From positions 1 to 30,898 of IMG/VR virus record IMGVR_UViG_3300038974_000510: a stretch of DNA of 30,898 nt. The stretch is one strand, 5' to 3'. This document shows positions 16,267-26,127 of the stretch, piece after piece. The notes under the pieces were generated by a model, which searched no databases, had not been told where the DNA came from, and worked only from the letters and a program-made list of their open reading frames with translations. Source of the stretch: a virus (lineage: Duplodnaviria > Caudoviricetes). The first letter of the stretch is position 1. Every line of letters begins with the position of its first letter. The position numbers were made by a program, and so were the translations under genes.

Positions 16267-17205
16267 ATGGCAGAGATACGACCAATTGTATATTCCAAGG
16301 AGTTACAAAAACAAATCTTTCCGGACAACTCTTTTTATAAGAGATCAGTGTCCGAAACCGGAGTGGCTGATAATGCCGAAACGGTAGAAAAACCGGTGCA
16401 AACAAAAATCGGCAAGGCCAAAGAGGGGAACCCTAAAAAATTACCCCTTGAGATACAAACAACAACAGACAGTAAGAAGACTTATCCGGTCACTCTGCTG
16501 TACTGTGAGCCTCTTTTAGTAGATTCGCAAAGTGAAATGCTTGTAAACTACAACAAGCGTCAAACCAAACAGGAGCAACAGGCTGGCGAATTGAACACAA
16601 AAGCCGCCAATTATGCAGCTTTTCATTGGGCACCGAACAAAAAATCAAACATCCTTACATCTTCCGGTGGTGGACGTAGCTCCAACATTGTAGGCATGAC
16701 AAGTAGCCGCAAGGCAGTGGTAAAGGATGACCTTTTGAAGGTGTATAATCTTATGCTTCGCATGAACGTAAGTGGCCTTAACGGGAAATGGCATGGACTG
16801 GTAACAGCAGACACTTATACCGATCTTTTGTCGGTACCTGAATTCGTTGACTACAGTAAAACGGGAAATACCTCTAAGCTGGAACAGGGAGTTATCGGAA
16901 CCCTTTTTGGTATAGATTTCTATACCCGTACAACAGACGAAGGACACACAGGCGTACTTTACAAGGCAGACGGTGTAACACCTTTGGATGCTGAATCTAC
17001 AATCGAGGACACTCTTTTAGCCGGCAACCTGTTCTGGAATGACAAAATGGTATGCCATGCGGAAGGGACGCTCCGATCGGTTATCAATGAGAACGCTCCG
17101 GGTTACCTGGGCGGGACTATTATTGAAAGCTTTGTGCGCTTCGGCGCTGACATTGTACGTGATGACCTGAAAGGTGTTATCACCCTATTAGAGGCCAAAG
17201 CCTGA
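16267..17205 (+). CDS. Major capsid protein
   Basis: ATG at 16267 (MAEIRPIVYSKEL); 312 aa; GVIGTLFGIDFY and VRFGADIVRDD pattern typical of HK97-fold capsids; synteny. Confidence 0.8.
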   Translation: MAEIRPIVYSKELQKQIFPDNSFYKRSVSETGVADNAETVEKPVQTKIGKAKEGNPKKLPLEIQTTTDSKKTYPVTLLYCEPLLVDSQSEMLVNYNKRQTKQEQQAGELNTKAANYAAFHWAPNKKSNILTSSGGGRSSNIVGMTSSRKAVVKDDLLKVYNLMLRMNVSGLNGKWHGLVTADTYTDLLSVPEFVDYSKTGNTSKLEQGVIGTLFGIDFYTRTTDEGHTGVLYKADGVTPLDAESTIEDTLLAGNLFWNDKMVCHAEGTLRSVINENAPGYLGGTIIESFVRFGADIVRDDLKGVITLLEAKA

Positions 17206-17220
17206 TTCCTATTTTCATAT

Positions 17221-17265
17221 AGAAGTCTCGATTTGTGCCTTAAAAAGTACGGGCGAGACTTTTTC
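17221..17265 (+). terminator. Terminator-like hairpin after the capsid gene
   Basis: AAGTCTCG (17223-17230) ... CGAGACTT (17254-17261) followed by TTT. Confidence 0.55.
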
Positions 17266-17284
17266 TAACTAAAAAATTACAAAA

Positions 17285-17737
17285 ATGGCAAGAACAAACG
17301 GAGATATAATCGAAGGACGCGACCTGATGATGTTTGTAAACACAGGTACCGCAGAGGCCCCGGAATATACACCACAGGCAGCCGCAACGAATCATACGAT
17401 CACCTATTCGGGTGAGACAAAAGAGCGGATGACGAAAGATACCGAAGTCGGGGCGTACAGTAAGCGCAAAGTCACAAAACTGGCCGTAACAATCAAGTGT
17501 GATGCTCTTACCTCTTTTGGCGATGAAGCCGGGTATGACAAGCTACTCGCGGTGTTCAAGAGTCGCGAAGAGATAAAACTACGCTACGGTTTTAAAGAGC
17601 CGGCAGCCGGTGACAAGTGCGAGGAAGGGATGTTTATCATCACTAATCTTGAGCAATCTTCTCAAGCCGGAGAGGACTCAACCTATACGGCAACTTTTGA
17701 AAATTCCGGCGCGGTAGAAACCGTAGACGTATCATAA
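17285..17737 (+). CDS. Major tail tube protein (siphovirus, TP901-1-like)
   Basis: IEGRDLMMF...TKD...GMFIITNLEQSSQAGEDSTYTATFENSG pattern; no sheath gene. Confidence 0.85.
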   Translation: MARTNGDIIEGRDLMMFVNTGTAEAPEYTPQAAATNHTITYSGETKERMTKDTEVGAYSKRKVTKLAVTIKCDALTSFGDEAGYDKLLAVFKSREEIKLRYGFKEPAAGDKCEEGMFIITNLEQSSQAGEDSTYTATFENSGAVETVDVS

Positions 17738-17753
17738 ACAAAAAGAAAAGAAT

Positions 17754-18086
17754 ATGAAAACAGGAAAGGTTAAAATCGGTGGCAAAGAGTATCCCTGCCA
17801 GTTGACAATCGGAGCAATGAAAGAGTTCAGGAACATTACGGGGAAAGAGGTTGATGTAATCGACAAAGCCCCGGATAGCGAAAAGGTAGACCTTGTAATG
17901 GCGCTGGCATATAGCTGTATTAAAAGCGTGTCGCGCCGTGAAGGGATAGAGCTACCCTTTGGTAGTCCGGATGAAATGTCAGACTATATAGCTGTCAACG
18001 AACTCCCGGACTTGATCACCGGTTTTTTGGATACAACCGATACCCAGGCAAAAGGAGAAAAGCCTAAAAAGTCAAAAAAAAACTAA
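17754..18086 (+). CDS. Tail assembly chaperone (gpG equivalent)
   Basis: KIGGKEYPCQLTIGAMKEF; between tail tube and tape measure; ends in slippery A AAA AAA AAC TAA. Confidence 0.8.
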   Translation: MKTGKVKIGGKEYPCQLTIGAMKEFRNITGKEVDVIDKAPDSEKVDLVMALAYSCIKSVSRREGIELPFGSPDEMSDYIAVNELPDLITGFLDTTDTQAKGEKPKKSKKN

Positions 18087-18448
18087 CTGGCGTTGATGAA
18101 ATGATAGGCATGGCGGTAGGTGTAATAGGGCTTTCGCTTGACGACACCTACCGTTTGACACCTTCTGAGTTTAATTCTATATGTGCGGCATGGGGCCAGC
18201 ACAACGAACAAATGCAGCGAATGAGTTGGGAGCAGGCAAGGTTTATTGGGCATTGTGCGATACTTCCACATTCAAAGAAAGGACTCAGGCCTCAGGATAT
18301 AGTACTGTTTGATTGGGAAAAAAACACGGAAACAAAAAGGGCAAAAGCCTGTACAAGGAGAGAGTTTGAAAAAATGAAAAGGCGACTCGGGATTACTTCA
18401 CCGCCCGGCGAAAAGCGCCAGCAAGGGAAAGAACAGCCCCGACAATAA
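18083..18448 (+). CDS. Tail assembly chaperone frameshift extension (gpT equivalent)
   Basis: -1 frame relative to the upstream gene, open from the A9 run (18074-18082) through CTA ACT GGC GTT GAT GAA ATG; LTPSEF...WEQARF...FDWE motif. Confidence 0.75.
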   Translation, partial: LTGVDEMIGMAVGVIGLSLDDTYRLTPSEFNSICAAWGQHNEQMQRMSWEQARFIGHCAILPHSKKGLRPQDIVLFDWEKNTETKRAKACTRREFEKMKRRLGITSPPGEKRQQGKEQPRQ

Positions 18449-18485
18449 GCGCCCATACAAATATATTTATCAAAAGGTCGATCAT
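18393..18485 (-). CDS. Unannotated 30-aa single-transmembrane peptide MIDLLINIFVWALIVGAVLSLAGAFRRAVK
   Basis: ATG at 18485 to TAA at 18393; hydrophobic helix plus basic tail; near-consensus -7 element TATCTTTA (18512-18505) upstream on the minus strand. Confidence 0.55.
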   Translation of the reverse strand: MIDLLINIFVWALIVGAVLSLAGAFRRAVK

Positions 18486-18511
18486 GACATAATGTATTTA
18501 CATGTAAAGAT

Positions 18512-21070
18512 ATGAAAAATTTTAATTACATAATAAATATACTCCTAAAAGATAACAATATATCTGCTAAAATAAAGGGATTGTCTGTGTCTTTTAGCTC
18601 GATCGACCAAAGTGTCAATAAGGTAAGCCAAACCGTCAACGATGTTTCAACCGAAATAACCAACAATATAGGTGAAGTCAATACCAGTGTTCAGGGTGTA
18701 AGTGCCACGGTTGAGAACACAACAAAAAATATAAGCGAAAAACTTAAAACCGTCAATTTTGCGGCGCTCGTTGATATGACACGTAACACGGCAGCTGCTT
18801 TTGACACGCTTTCTATATCCGGACGTACATTTCAACAGGGTATGGCTGATCTTGCCGCTATTACAGGATTAACAGGAAAGGAACTCGACCGATTATCGAA
18901 AGCGTCGCGCGAAACCGGTAAATCTTCCGGGCTTGGGGCTGCCGGAGCCGCCGAGGCTTTTACCCTTTTAGCTTCGCAGATCGAATATTCAACGATCGGA
19001 ATGGAAGGCCTTTTAACCCTACAAAAAGAAACTATCACGTTGGCACAGGCCGGAGGCTTAAGTATGGCAAACGCCGCAACTGCTATGGCCGCTACTATTA
19101 ACCAATTCGGGTTTGAGGCGTCTGAGGCAAACAGGGTTGTAAATGTACTGGCCGCCGGTTCCCGTCTTGGTGCCGCTGAGATTGATGATTTGGCCGCCTC
19201 TTTTAAAGTTGCCGGAGCAACGGCCAGCGCTGCCGGTGTTTCGTTGGAATCCGCTGCCGGTGCATTAGAGGTTCTCAGTCAGAGTAACCTGAAAGGAGCC
19301 GAAGCCGGTACAGCCTTAAGAAACATCATCCTAAGGATGCAGACCAACTTAAAGGTCAATTTCGGGGAGACAAGCCTTGCGCAAGCCTTAGATGCTTTAA
19401 AACCAAAATTACAGGACGTCACGTTCCTGGCAAAAAACTTCGGCGTATCGAATGTGGCCGCCGCGCAGTATCTGATCGCCAACGCTACGGCTGTCGATGA
19501 AATGACAGCAGCTGTAACCGGAACCAACTCTGCCATGGAGCAGGCAGCTATTCGGACGGATACATCGGCTGAAAAAATGAAGCGCATGCAGGCGGTTATT
19601 GATGATATTAAAATCGGTCTTTTTGAGGCTTCCGGTGGTGCCACTGCTTATGTGGCTGCCATGGGTGACAGTGCTATCCTTGCATCACAGCTTGTGCCTG
19701 TCGCCAGTGCATTAAACAAGGTAATGTTACTCATAACCACATCTGCCGGACGGGCGTCGGTAGCCTTGGCCGCTAAAACAGCCATTGAGAATGCCAGTAT
19801 AGTGGTTACAAAACTTGTAACAGTCGCTCAGACAGCATTAAACGCTGTTCTTTCCGCAAATCCTGTTGCTCTGGTTGTGTTAGCGATCGGCGCACTGGTC
19901 ACCGGATTACGCCTTGCTTATGTGCATTCGGAATCTTTCCGCGACATTGTAGACAAATGCTGGGCGGGTATTAAGAAGCTGGCTGAAACGATATGGAATG
20001 CCCTTGTAGTAGCCTTTGAGAAGGTAAGTAGCGTTATCACGTCCATTATTGGGAAATTAAAAAGTCTTTTTGGAATTCAGTCTGAGGCCATACCACCTAC
20101 AGAAGATTTGGCCGCCGCGAACACCAAACTGGCGGGGAGTGCTATTGACGCTGCCGGCGCTATGGATATCTTTGCCGATTCTCTTATCGGCAGTGGAAAG
20201 GCTATTAACACGAACCTTGACACGCTTGGGGGTGTTGAGCAAAAAATATCAGATTTGAAAGCCGCTCAAAAAACAGCTATGCATGAGCAGGCTGTAGCTC
20301 TTCAAAAAGAAATCCGGCTTTGGGAAAACAAACTGCAGCTGATGCAGATCGCTATAACAAAAGCTGTCGAGGGGAATATCGCCAATACGGTATCGCCAAA
20401 AATGGAAATGCCGGAAATCCCCCCGTTGGAAGTTCCGGAAGTAAAAATACCGCTTACTATTGATGCTGAGGAATTGGAGAAAGCTATGAAGCGTGGCATA
20501 AAACAGGCGGAGCTACCAAATGCCCAGGAAATATTCGAGCCTTATCAGATAGGCATTGACGCCATGGCGTCAACCCTGTATAGTCTTTCGGCCATACTTG
20601 GCGAAAATGCCGGGGCCTGGCTGCAGTGGGGCTCCAATGTTCTAAGTAGCATTGCGGCAGCTATACCTCAAATCGTGGCTTTAGGAAACGCTCAGGTGGC
20701 CTCTGCAACAGCACAGGTAACCGGCAACACAGCCGCTGCGGCATCAGGTGCTGCGGCATCAGTAGCTGCTATTCCTTTAGTTGGACCGCTACTTGCTATT
20801 GCGGCCATTTCTTCTGTGCTTGCCGCACTGGCTTCTATTCCGAAGCCAAAAAGGTTCGCTTCCGGGGGTATTGTGTATGGAAATACATTTGCTCAGGTTG
20901 GCGAATATCCCGGTGCAGCCAATAATCCTGAGGTCATTGCTCCATTGAATAAGTTGCGTGACCTAATCGCTCCGGCTTCCGGTGGTCCCGGCGAAGTTGT
21001 ATTTCATATTTCCGGCCGTGACCTGAAAGGGATATTGCGAAAAGTTGAACGTTTTGATAGTCGCACATGA
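18512..21070 (+). CDS. Tail tape measure protein (TP901-family core)
   Basis: 852 aa, Ala-rich helical; NLKGAEAGTALRN, ALNAVLSANP, C-terminal FASGGIVYGNTFAQVGEYPGAANNPEVIAPLNKL. Confidence 0.92.
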   Translation: MKNFNYIINILLKDNNISAKIKGLSVSFSSIDQSVNKVSQTVNDVSTEITNNIGEVNTSVQGVSATVENTTKNISEKLKTVNFAALVDMTRNTAAAFDTLSISGRTFQQGMADLAAITGLTGKELDRLSKASRETGKSSGLGAAGAAEAFTLLASQIEYSTIGMEGLLTLQKETITLAQAGGLSMANAATAMAATINQFGFEASEANRVVNVLAAGSRLGAAEIDDLAASFKVAGATASAAGVSLESAAGALEVLSQSNLKGAEAGTALRNIILRMQTNLKVNFGETSLAQALDALKPKLQDVTFLAKNFGVSNVAAAQYLIANATAVDEMTAAVTGTNSAMEQAAIRTDTSAEKMKRMQAVIDDIKIGLFEASGGATAYVAAMGDSAILASQLVPVASALNKVMLLITTSAGRASVALAAKTAIENASIVVTKLVTVAQTALNAVLSANPVALVVLAIGALVTGLRLAYVHSESFRDIVDKCWAGIKKLAETIWNALVVAFEKVSSVITSIIGKLKSLFGIQSEAIPPTEDLAAANTKLAGSAIDAAGAMDIFADSLIGSGKAINTNLDTLGGVEQKISDLKAAQKTAMHEQAVALQKEIRLWENKLQLMQIAITKAVEGNIANTVSPKMEMPEIPPLEVPEVKIPLTIDAEELEKAMKRGIKQAELPNAQEIFEPYQIGIDAMASTLYSLSAILGENAGAWLQWGSNVLSSIAAAIPQIVALGNAQVASATAQVTGNTAAAASGAAASVAAIPLVGPLLAIAAISSVLAALASIPKPKRFASGGIVYGNTFAQVGEYPGAANNPEVIAPLNKLRDLIAPASGGPGEVVFHISGRDLKGILRKVERFDSRT

Positions 21071-23178
21071 GCATGAACTTACGATATAAAGGTGGTTTTT
21101 ACAGTCTTGCCGGTGTAGAGTGGGATGTGGAAATTTATCAGGAGAGTGAAGTGGCTTTTGAGGTTCAGGAAATTGCCCTGGCAGAAAACCCGCTCGAAAT
21201 CGAATGGAGCGAAACGGATAAACTGGAACCGGTACAAACCAGCAAAGCAGTTCTTTCGCTCTATTCCGACACAGACCGCCAGTTTGTCGACTTATATACA
21301 GTCGTGGCTGGCTCTGTGCGATTAGATGTTTATCGAAACGGGCAACTCTATTGGAGCGGAACACTTGATCCGGAATTATACGAGGAGCCTTTCTCTTATC
21401 TTGATAACTATTCGGTATCGCTTACCTTTTCTGATCTTGCCATATTGGAGCGATCAAACTGGACGCAAAAAGGCTTCATTACTTTTCGGGGAATACTACA
21501 GTCTGCCGTGACTGCATCAGGCATTAACATTTCAGCGATCGAACAATATATATCTACTCAGTTAAGCGCCGGCAATACCGCCGACATACTTGGTGCATTG
21601 TCCTTCCTGGGCGAAAACTTTTTCGATGAAGATGATACGCCCATGTCGATGATGGAGGTTGTAACGGAAGTTCTCCGGCCATTTTCGCTGCGTATTATTC
21701 AAAAGTTGGGAAAGCTGTTTATATATGATTTAAACAGCGTTTATACGTCGATCAATCCTTCGCCGGTAGATTGGGATAGTGATGACGCGGCATTCAGCAT
21801 CGACGCGGTGTATAACAATGTAAAAGTCCTATTTAGTCCCTACGAAAAAACGGAGATGATCCGAGCGTCAGTCGACAAAGAATCAGTTCCCACGACAACA
21901 TCCTATCTTGTGCGAACCGACTATACGCGTTCGGGCAGCACGCTTGTCTCTCCAGAAGGGTTTAATGTCGCATTGTCCGAAACCGGAGAAGGGGTAACAA
22001 AAGGAGAAGGACTTAAATTTTTCCGTTTTACGCCCATTTATTCCGGAGAAGAGAAGGCGGGTGTTGCGTGGACATTTAACACGATATTTTCAAACTACAT
22101 ATATACGCAGCTGATTCAGGCCGCCGCGACGCCATGGGGAAGTCCCGGCCTTGCCTTTGAGATACCCGAACAGGCTTATTTAGCCGATGTCGGGAATACT
22201 GCCCGTGGTAAATTTAAAATAAAACTTAACCTCGAGCTTCTATTCGATGTAAGGTATAACCCGTATGAGCAGGCCGCACGTGAAAACGAGGAAGGGGATT
22301 GGGAAGACTTAAACGACTGGGCGAATATTTCCTATGTTCCAATTATCTTGAACCTGTGTGACGAAGTCGGTAATGTCCTTTATCATTGGGACAATAGGTC
22401 AGCGTATAATAGTTCTTCCTATGACACGACAGGGAAACAGAGCTGGAGAGCCGGCGCCGGCGCTTGGGGTGACGCCTATCTGTGTTACTATGACCCTGCG
22501 AACCGAAAGAGTTCTACGGGGCTTGGAGGGTGGAAGGGTAACAGGCAGATGATAGGCTACTGGCGTGATGGCCTGCCGGCAATCTTTACAAAGCGGGGTG
22601 AAGGAGATATTATAGACCTTCCGCCCGTGGCGGGTTGGTTGCAGCTACAAGTAGGCACTGGTGTTGCCTGTTTTGACTATCAGCGTAAGCCTGCTTTGGA
22701 GATTTATCCAAAAACCCGCTGGGTGATGTATGGTGATGCGGGGGTAACATTAACTGATCAGTATGGTAACACGATTGAGAAAAAAGATATAGAGCATAGC
22801 GCCTGGTTGAACAGGAATGCTAAAGAAGGGCTGGAGATCAATACTTTTGTGGGCACTTTGAAAGAGGTTTCTCCTGCCGCTCTTGGGCAGGCCTTTCTCA
22901 CGACTGCCCGCACGGCTGTCGGGACATTTTACCGGGCGGGTCGTCAGGATTTGCTTGAGCGCCTTTTGATAGGCACAGTTTACAGCAATTATGCTGACCG
23001 TCATGTCGTGCTGTCAGGGACGGCAGAGATACTCCCGGATTTTGGCATTTATTCAGACCGAAACGAAACCGGTAGATTTCTTCTTGTTAGCGAACGCCAG
23101 CGACCACGCGATGACGAAAGCACTATAAAAATGGTTGATTTTTCTAACGATAATTACGAAGGGATAGAATATGCTTAA
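21067..23178 (+). CDS. Tail tip / baseplate hub protein
   Basis: 703 aa directly after the tape measure (ATGA overlap); YRNGQLYWSGTLDPELYEEPFS motif of Bacteroidota siphophage tail proteins. Confidence 0.7.
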   Translation: MSMNLRYKGGFYSLAGVEWDVEIYQESEVAFEVQEIALAENPLEIEWSETDKLEPVQTSKAVLSLYSDTDRQFVDLYTVVAGSVRLDVYRNGQLYWSGTLDPELYEEPFSYLDNYSVSLTFSDLAILERSNWTQKGFITFRGILQSAVTASGINISAIEQYISTQLSAGNTADILGALSFLGENFFDEDDTPMSMMEVVTEVLRPFSLRIIQKLGKLFIYDLNSVYTSINPSPVDWDSDDAAFSIDAVYNNVKVLFSPYEKTEMIRASVDKESVPTTTSYLVRTDYTRSGSTLVSPEGFNVALSETGEGVTKGEGLKFFRFTPIYSGEEKAGVAWTFNTIFSNYIYTQLIQAAATPWGSPGLAFEIPEQAYLADVGNTARGKFKIKLNLELLFDVRYNPYEQAARENEEGDWEDLNDWANISYVPIILNLCDEVGNVLYHWDNRSAYNSSSYDTTGKQSWRAGAGAWGDAYLCYYDPANRKSSTGLGGWKGNRQMIGYWRDGLPAIFTKRGEGDIIDLPPVAGWLQLQVGTGVACFDYQRKPALEIYPKTRWVMYGDAGVTLTDQYGNTIEKKDIEHSAWLNRNAKEGLEINTFVGTLKEVSPAALGQAFLTTARTAVGTFYRAGRQDLLERLLIGTVYSNYADRHVVLSGTAEILPDFGIYSDRNETGRFLLVSERQRPRDDESTIKMVDFSNDNYEGIEYA

Positions 23179-24670
23179 TCAGTATGCCGTAAGAACAATA
23201 TATAGAAATGCCCGTCCACGCAATAAACAATATTTGGAAGGCATTAACGGTGGCGGCGGTGTGGGTGGTTCCGGTACCGGAACCGACTTTATGGCGCAAT
23301 ATTGGTTTTTAGGCGAAACTCCGGAAGCCGAAGACCCGGAAGAGGAAGCACAGCCCTTGTTTATCAAAACATCTTACGACACAGTAGTCGATAAAATAGA
23401 CGGATATTTTCAAGCTGGAACAAAAAGATTTCAGGAGGATTCTATCCGGAATGCTATCCTGTTTTCAAATGCAGATGGAACAGCGGCGCACTTCCTTTCA
23501 ACCGGCGATGTGGCCGCCTGTGTGGATGCGGACTGGGAAGATATAGCCCCGCTCGCGGGATATAACGCACCCGGCTTCGCTTCCTTTGATGATGAGTTCT
23601 TCTCTGTTATAGATGGCCATGTTAGCCTTGTTGGAGGCGTCGGCGGCAAAGAGTATTTCCCCGGTACCGGCCTTTCTTTGTCGGGCACAAATAGCGACAC
23701 TTTTAATGTACGCTACGGCTCTGTAGCGGGGACAGCTGCCGCCGGTAATGACTCGCGTATAAACAACGGACAATCGGCGTACAATCTGCTTAACGGCTCC
23801 GGTAGCTGGTGGGGGCAGACGATGAGCGGCGGAAGTGTGTCGGGTGCCATGAGCGGCGTGACAAACATTAACAGCCAGCTATATTTTTACAATAATAATC
23901 TTGGTGTGGGTGTGTCGGCGCCTTCGCAAAAACTATATGTCTCCGGAAACATCTTTTCCACACAGGATGTTGTGGCCGCCGCAGGGGGTAATTACGATGT
24001 TACATCCCCTCTTGCCGGCTATAATGCGGTTGGATTGGCCCGGTTTAATTCTGCCGATTTCACGGTGTCGAATGGGTATGTTAGTCTGTTAAATCCGGGC
24101 GGCGGTGGCACTGTTACCTGGGATAGCATTACCGGAAAACCCTCTTGGATAACAGATTCAAAACCTCCATACGCATGGTCGGAGATTACCAACAAACCCA
24201 GCTGGGTGACAACTTCAACGCCAATCGCCAGCGCTTCATCTTACGGCATGATAAGAGTCGGGAGTGGCTTATCAATCAGCAACGGTATTTTAAGCGCTAC
24301 AGGTGGCGGCTCTGCGGGTGCTATAAGCGAGGTTCTTTATTATGCAAATTCCAGTTCATCATATTCCAGCTACACGTCTGGCATTCGTCTAAAAGTGGGG
24401 TATAAAGTAATGCCAACAAACACGACTTTGGCGGGTGGCGCTTATACCAATTTGGCCCTGTGGGAAATATCCTATAGCGATAGCGTTACGCTTTCGGTTG
24501 TGGCTTGTGTGGAGACACCGTCGGGTAGTTGGAATGGCTCACAATTGACATGTGCTATTGGCAAGTCAGACAGCGATGGCGTGTACTTTGCGCGTCTGTA
24601 TAACCCCACATCTACCGCCGTTAGTTTGTCCAATATGCGAATAAGATATATTGCTGTTCAAAGAATTTAA
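23171..24670 (+). CDS. Tail fibre/spike protein with internal repeats
   Basis: Gly/Ser-rich; repeated DV.A......PLAGYNA.G.A.F...F.V..G.VSL units and W..IT.KPSW repeats. Confidence 0.7.
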   Translation: MLNQYAVRTIYRNARPRNKQYLEGINGGGGVGGSGTGTDFMAQYWFLGETPEAEDPEEEAQPLFIKTSYDTVVDKIDGYFQAGTKRFQEDSIRNAILFSNADGTAAHFLSTGDVAACVDADWEDIAPLAGYNAPGFASFDDEFFSVIDGHVSLVGGVGGKEYFPGTGLSLSGTNSDTFNVRYGSVAGTAAAGNDSRINNGQSAYNLLNGSGSWWGQTMSGGSVSGAMSGVTNINSQLYFYNNNLGVGVSAPSQKLYVSGNIFSTQDVVAAAGGNYDVTSPLAGYNAVGLARFNSADFTVSNGYVSLLNPGGGGTVTWDSITGKPSWITDSKPPYAWSEITNKPSWVTTSTPIASASSYGMIRVGSGLSISNGILSATGGGSAGAISEVLYYANSSSSYSSYTSGIRLKVGYKVMPTNTTLAGGAYTNLALWEISYSDSVTLSVVACVETPSGSWNGSQLTCAIGKSDSDGVYFARLYNPTSTAVSLSNMRIRYIAVQRI

Positions 24671-24671
24671 T

Positions 24672-25811
24672 ATGGCTGCACTCGGAGAAAATAATACGAC
24701 AATTTTTAAGGTGAGAAACGCGATAGACCACCCATCCATAAGCGTGGCAGGCCTTTGTGTTGCTCCTGTAGTTAATGGTTACAGCCCCCGTAAACCGATA
24801 GATTATAATGCTGCTTTCCTGGCAGATTCGGTTAGAAGCCGCGTCTCGGGATTTGTCATCGATCCGTTTACGCAAAAAGCGAAATACAGAAAGCCGCAGG
24901 GAGGGCTGTCGAGTCCATACCGATTGGCTGATTTCAGGGGATATCTACACGATGCCAGGCGGCCACAGCCTGTAAACATTGTTCAAAATGCCTTTCAGGC
25001 TGGAGAGAATTACGCCTACGGAAGTCCCAATCAGCTGTTTTCTTTCGGTGTACCATTGCCTAATATCGAAATAGTTAAAATGTGGGGGAACGAGGCGGCA
25101 TTGCTTGGTGATGTGATCTCGCTATATGATGATAGTGGCGTAATACTTACTTCAGGCGAGGAAACGGATTTTGTAGGGGAAAATGGGAAATATCAGGCGC
25201 GATACTATTTGAACAGATACACTGAAAATGACAGTGTATGGTTCCTTATTGAGGCTGATTTGTCCTCTGTTGGCGTTGGCATGCTCTTTACATTGAATTT
25301 CCAAATCTGGTATGGGAGTTCGGTTTATGAAGATTATAAGCGTTTTCAGTTAGAAAACGGAGATACGGTCACAGTGACCGGAAAAGTGCAGGCCTTAACC
25401 GTGCTTGTAAACCCGAGCGTTTTGCCGCTTTGGCATTTCCCTCCGTTGGATGTGACCAACGCGCACGATCCCGTGTCTCCGGCCGTTTCTTTCAGCTATA
25501 ATTCAACGTCGAAAGTCCTTACAATTACAAATATGCAGTTCAGGGGAACAATGTCTGAAGGACATACGTCGACTGATCGTCGGAATTTTGAAGCTGGTCG
25601 CGGTTGGAAATTCCAATACAGTTTATGGGATCAGAACTATAACCAGATTTCCGGCTGGACGGACATACCTGTAACGGATTTTTGGGGAACGACAAATGTC
25701 GAAGACAACACCTATTCGGCAGGAATATACAGCACTTTTCAGTTGACAGGAATAGAGCAAGGAGATATAGTTAATATAGAACTAATCGCTGGAGATTTAT
25801 ACGATTACTAA
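24672..25811 (+). CDS. Tail-associated structural protein
   Basis: ATG at 24672; KPQGGLSSPYRLADFRGY motif common in Bacteroidales phage tail proteins; beta-rich C-terminus. Confidence 0.6.
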   Translation: MAALGENNTTIFKVRNAIDHPSISVAGLCVAPVVNGYSPRKPIDYNAAFLADSVRSRVSGFVIDPFTQKAKYRKPQGGLSSPYRLADFRGYLHDARRPQPVNIVQNAFQAGENYAYGSPNQLFSFGVPLPNIEIVKMWGNEAALLGDVISLYDDSGVILTSGEETDFVGENGKYQARYYLNRYTENDSVWFLIEADLSSVGVGMLFTLNFQIWYGSSVYEDYKRFQLENGDTVTVTGKVQALTVLVNPSVLPLWHFPPLDVTNAHDPVSPAVSFSYNSTSKVLTITNMQFRGTMSEGHTSTDRRNFEAGRGWKFQYSLWDQNYNQISGWTDIPVTDFWGTTNVEDNTYSAGIYSTFQLTGIEQGDIVNIELIAGDLYDY

Positions 25812-25830
25812 CAATTTAAATTGAATAATT

Positions 25831-26127
25831 ATGAGTTTAACACTTCTCAAAACAACGATTATCAAAGCGTTTGAAGCGCAAATGGAAAATGTATTTGTCA
25901 GCGCCGGCCGAACAACCTATTCGGGCGACACTAACGAGATACTGGAAATTATAGGTCTGATCTATGAAAGCAAAGGTGATCAGCAAAACATCGGCTCTTT
26001 TGTTTACAATGTTGGGGGCCTGAAAACGGATGTTACCATGAGGGAATTGGCCGTTAGAGCAACGGCTGATGTGAGCAGTTTTATTGATTTAGTAATTAGT
26101 GAAATAGAAGGAAATGAAGGCAAATGA
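25831..26127 (+). CDS. Hypothetical protein (tail module)
   Basis: 98 aa ORF in the operon, AT-rich leader. Confidence 0.55.
   Translation: MSLTLLKTTIIKAFEAQMENVFVSAGRTTYSGDTNEILEIIGLIYESKGDQQNIGSFVYNVGGLKTDVTMRELAVRATADVSSFIDLVISEIEGNEGK

Noticed and set aside
23490-24310. Repeats in the tail fibre gene as shufflon crossover sites or a CRISPR-like array
   Set aside because: The similarity is at protein level with synonymous divergence; there are no identical DNA repeats, no inverted cassettes and no regular spacing.
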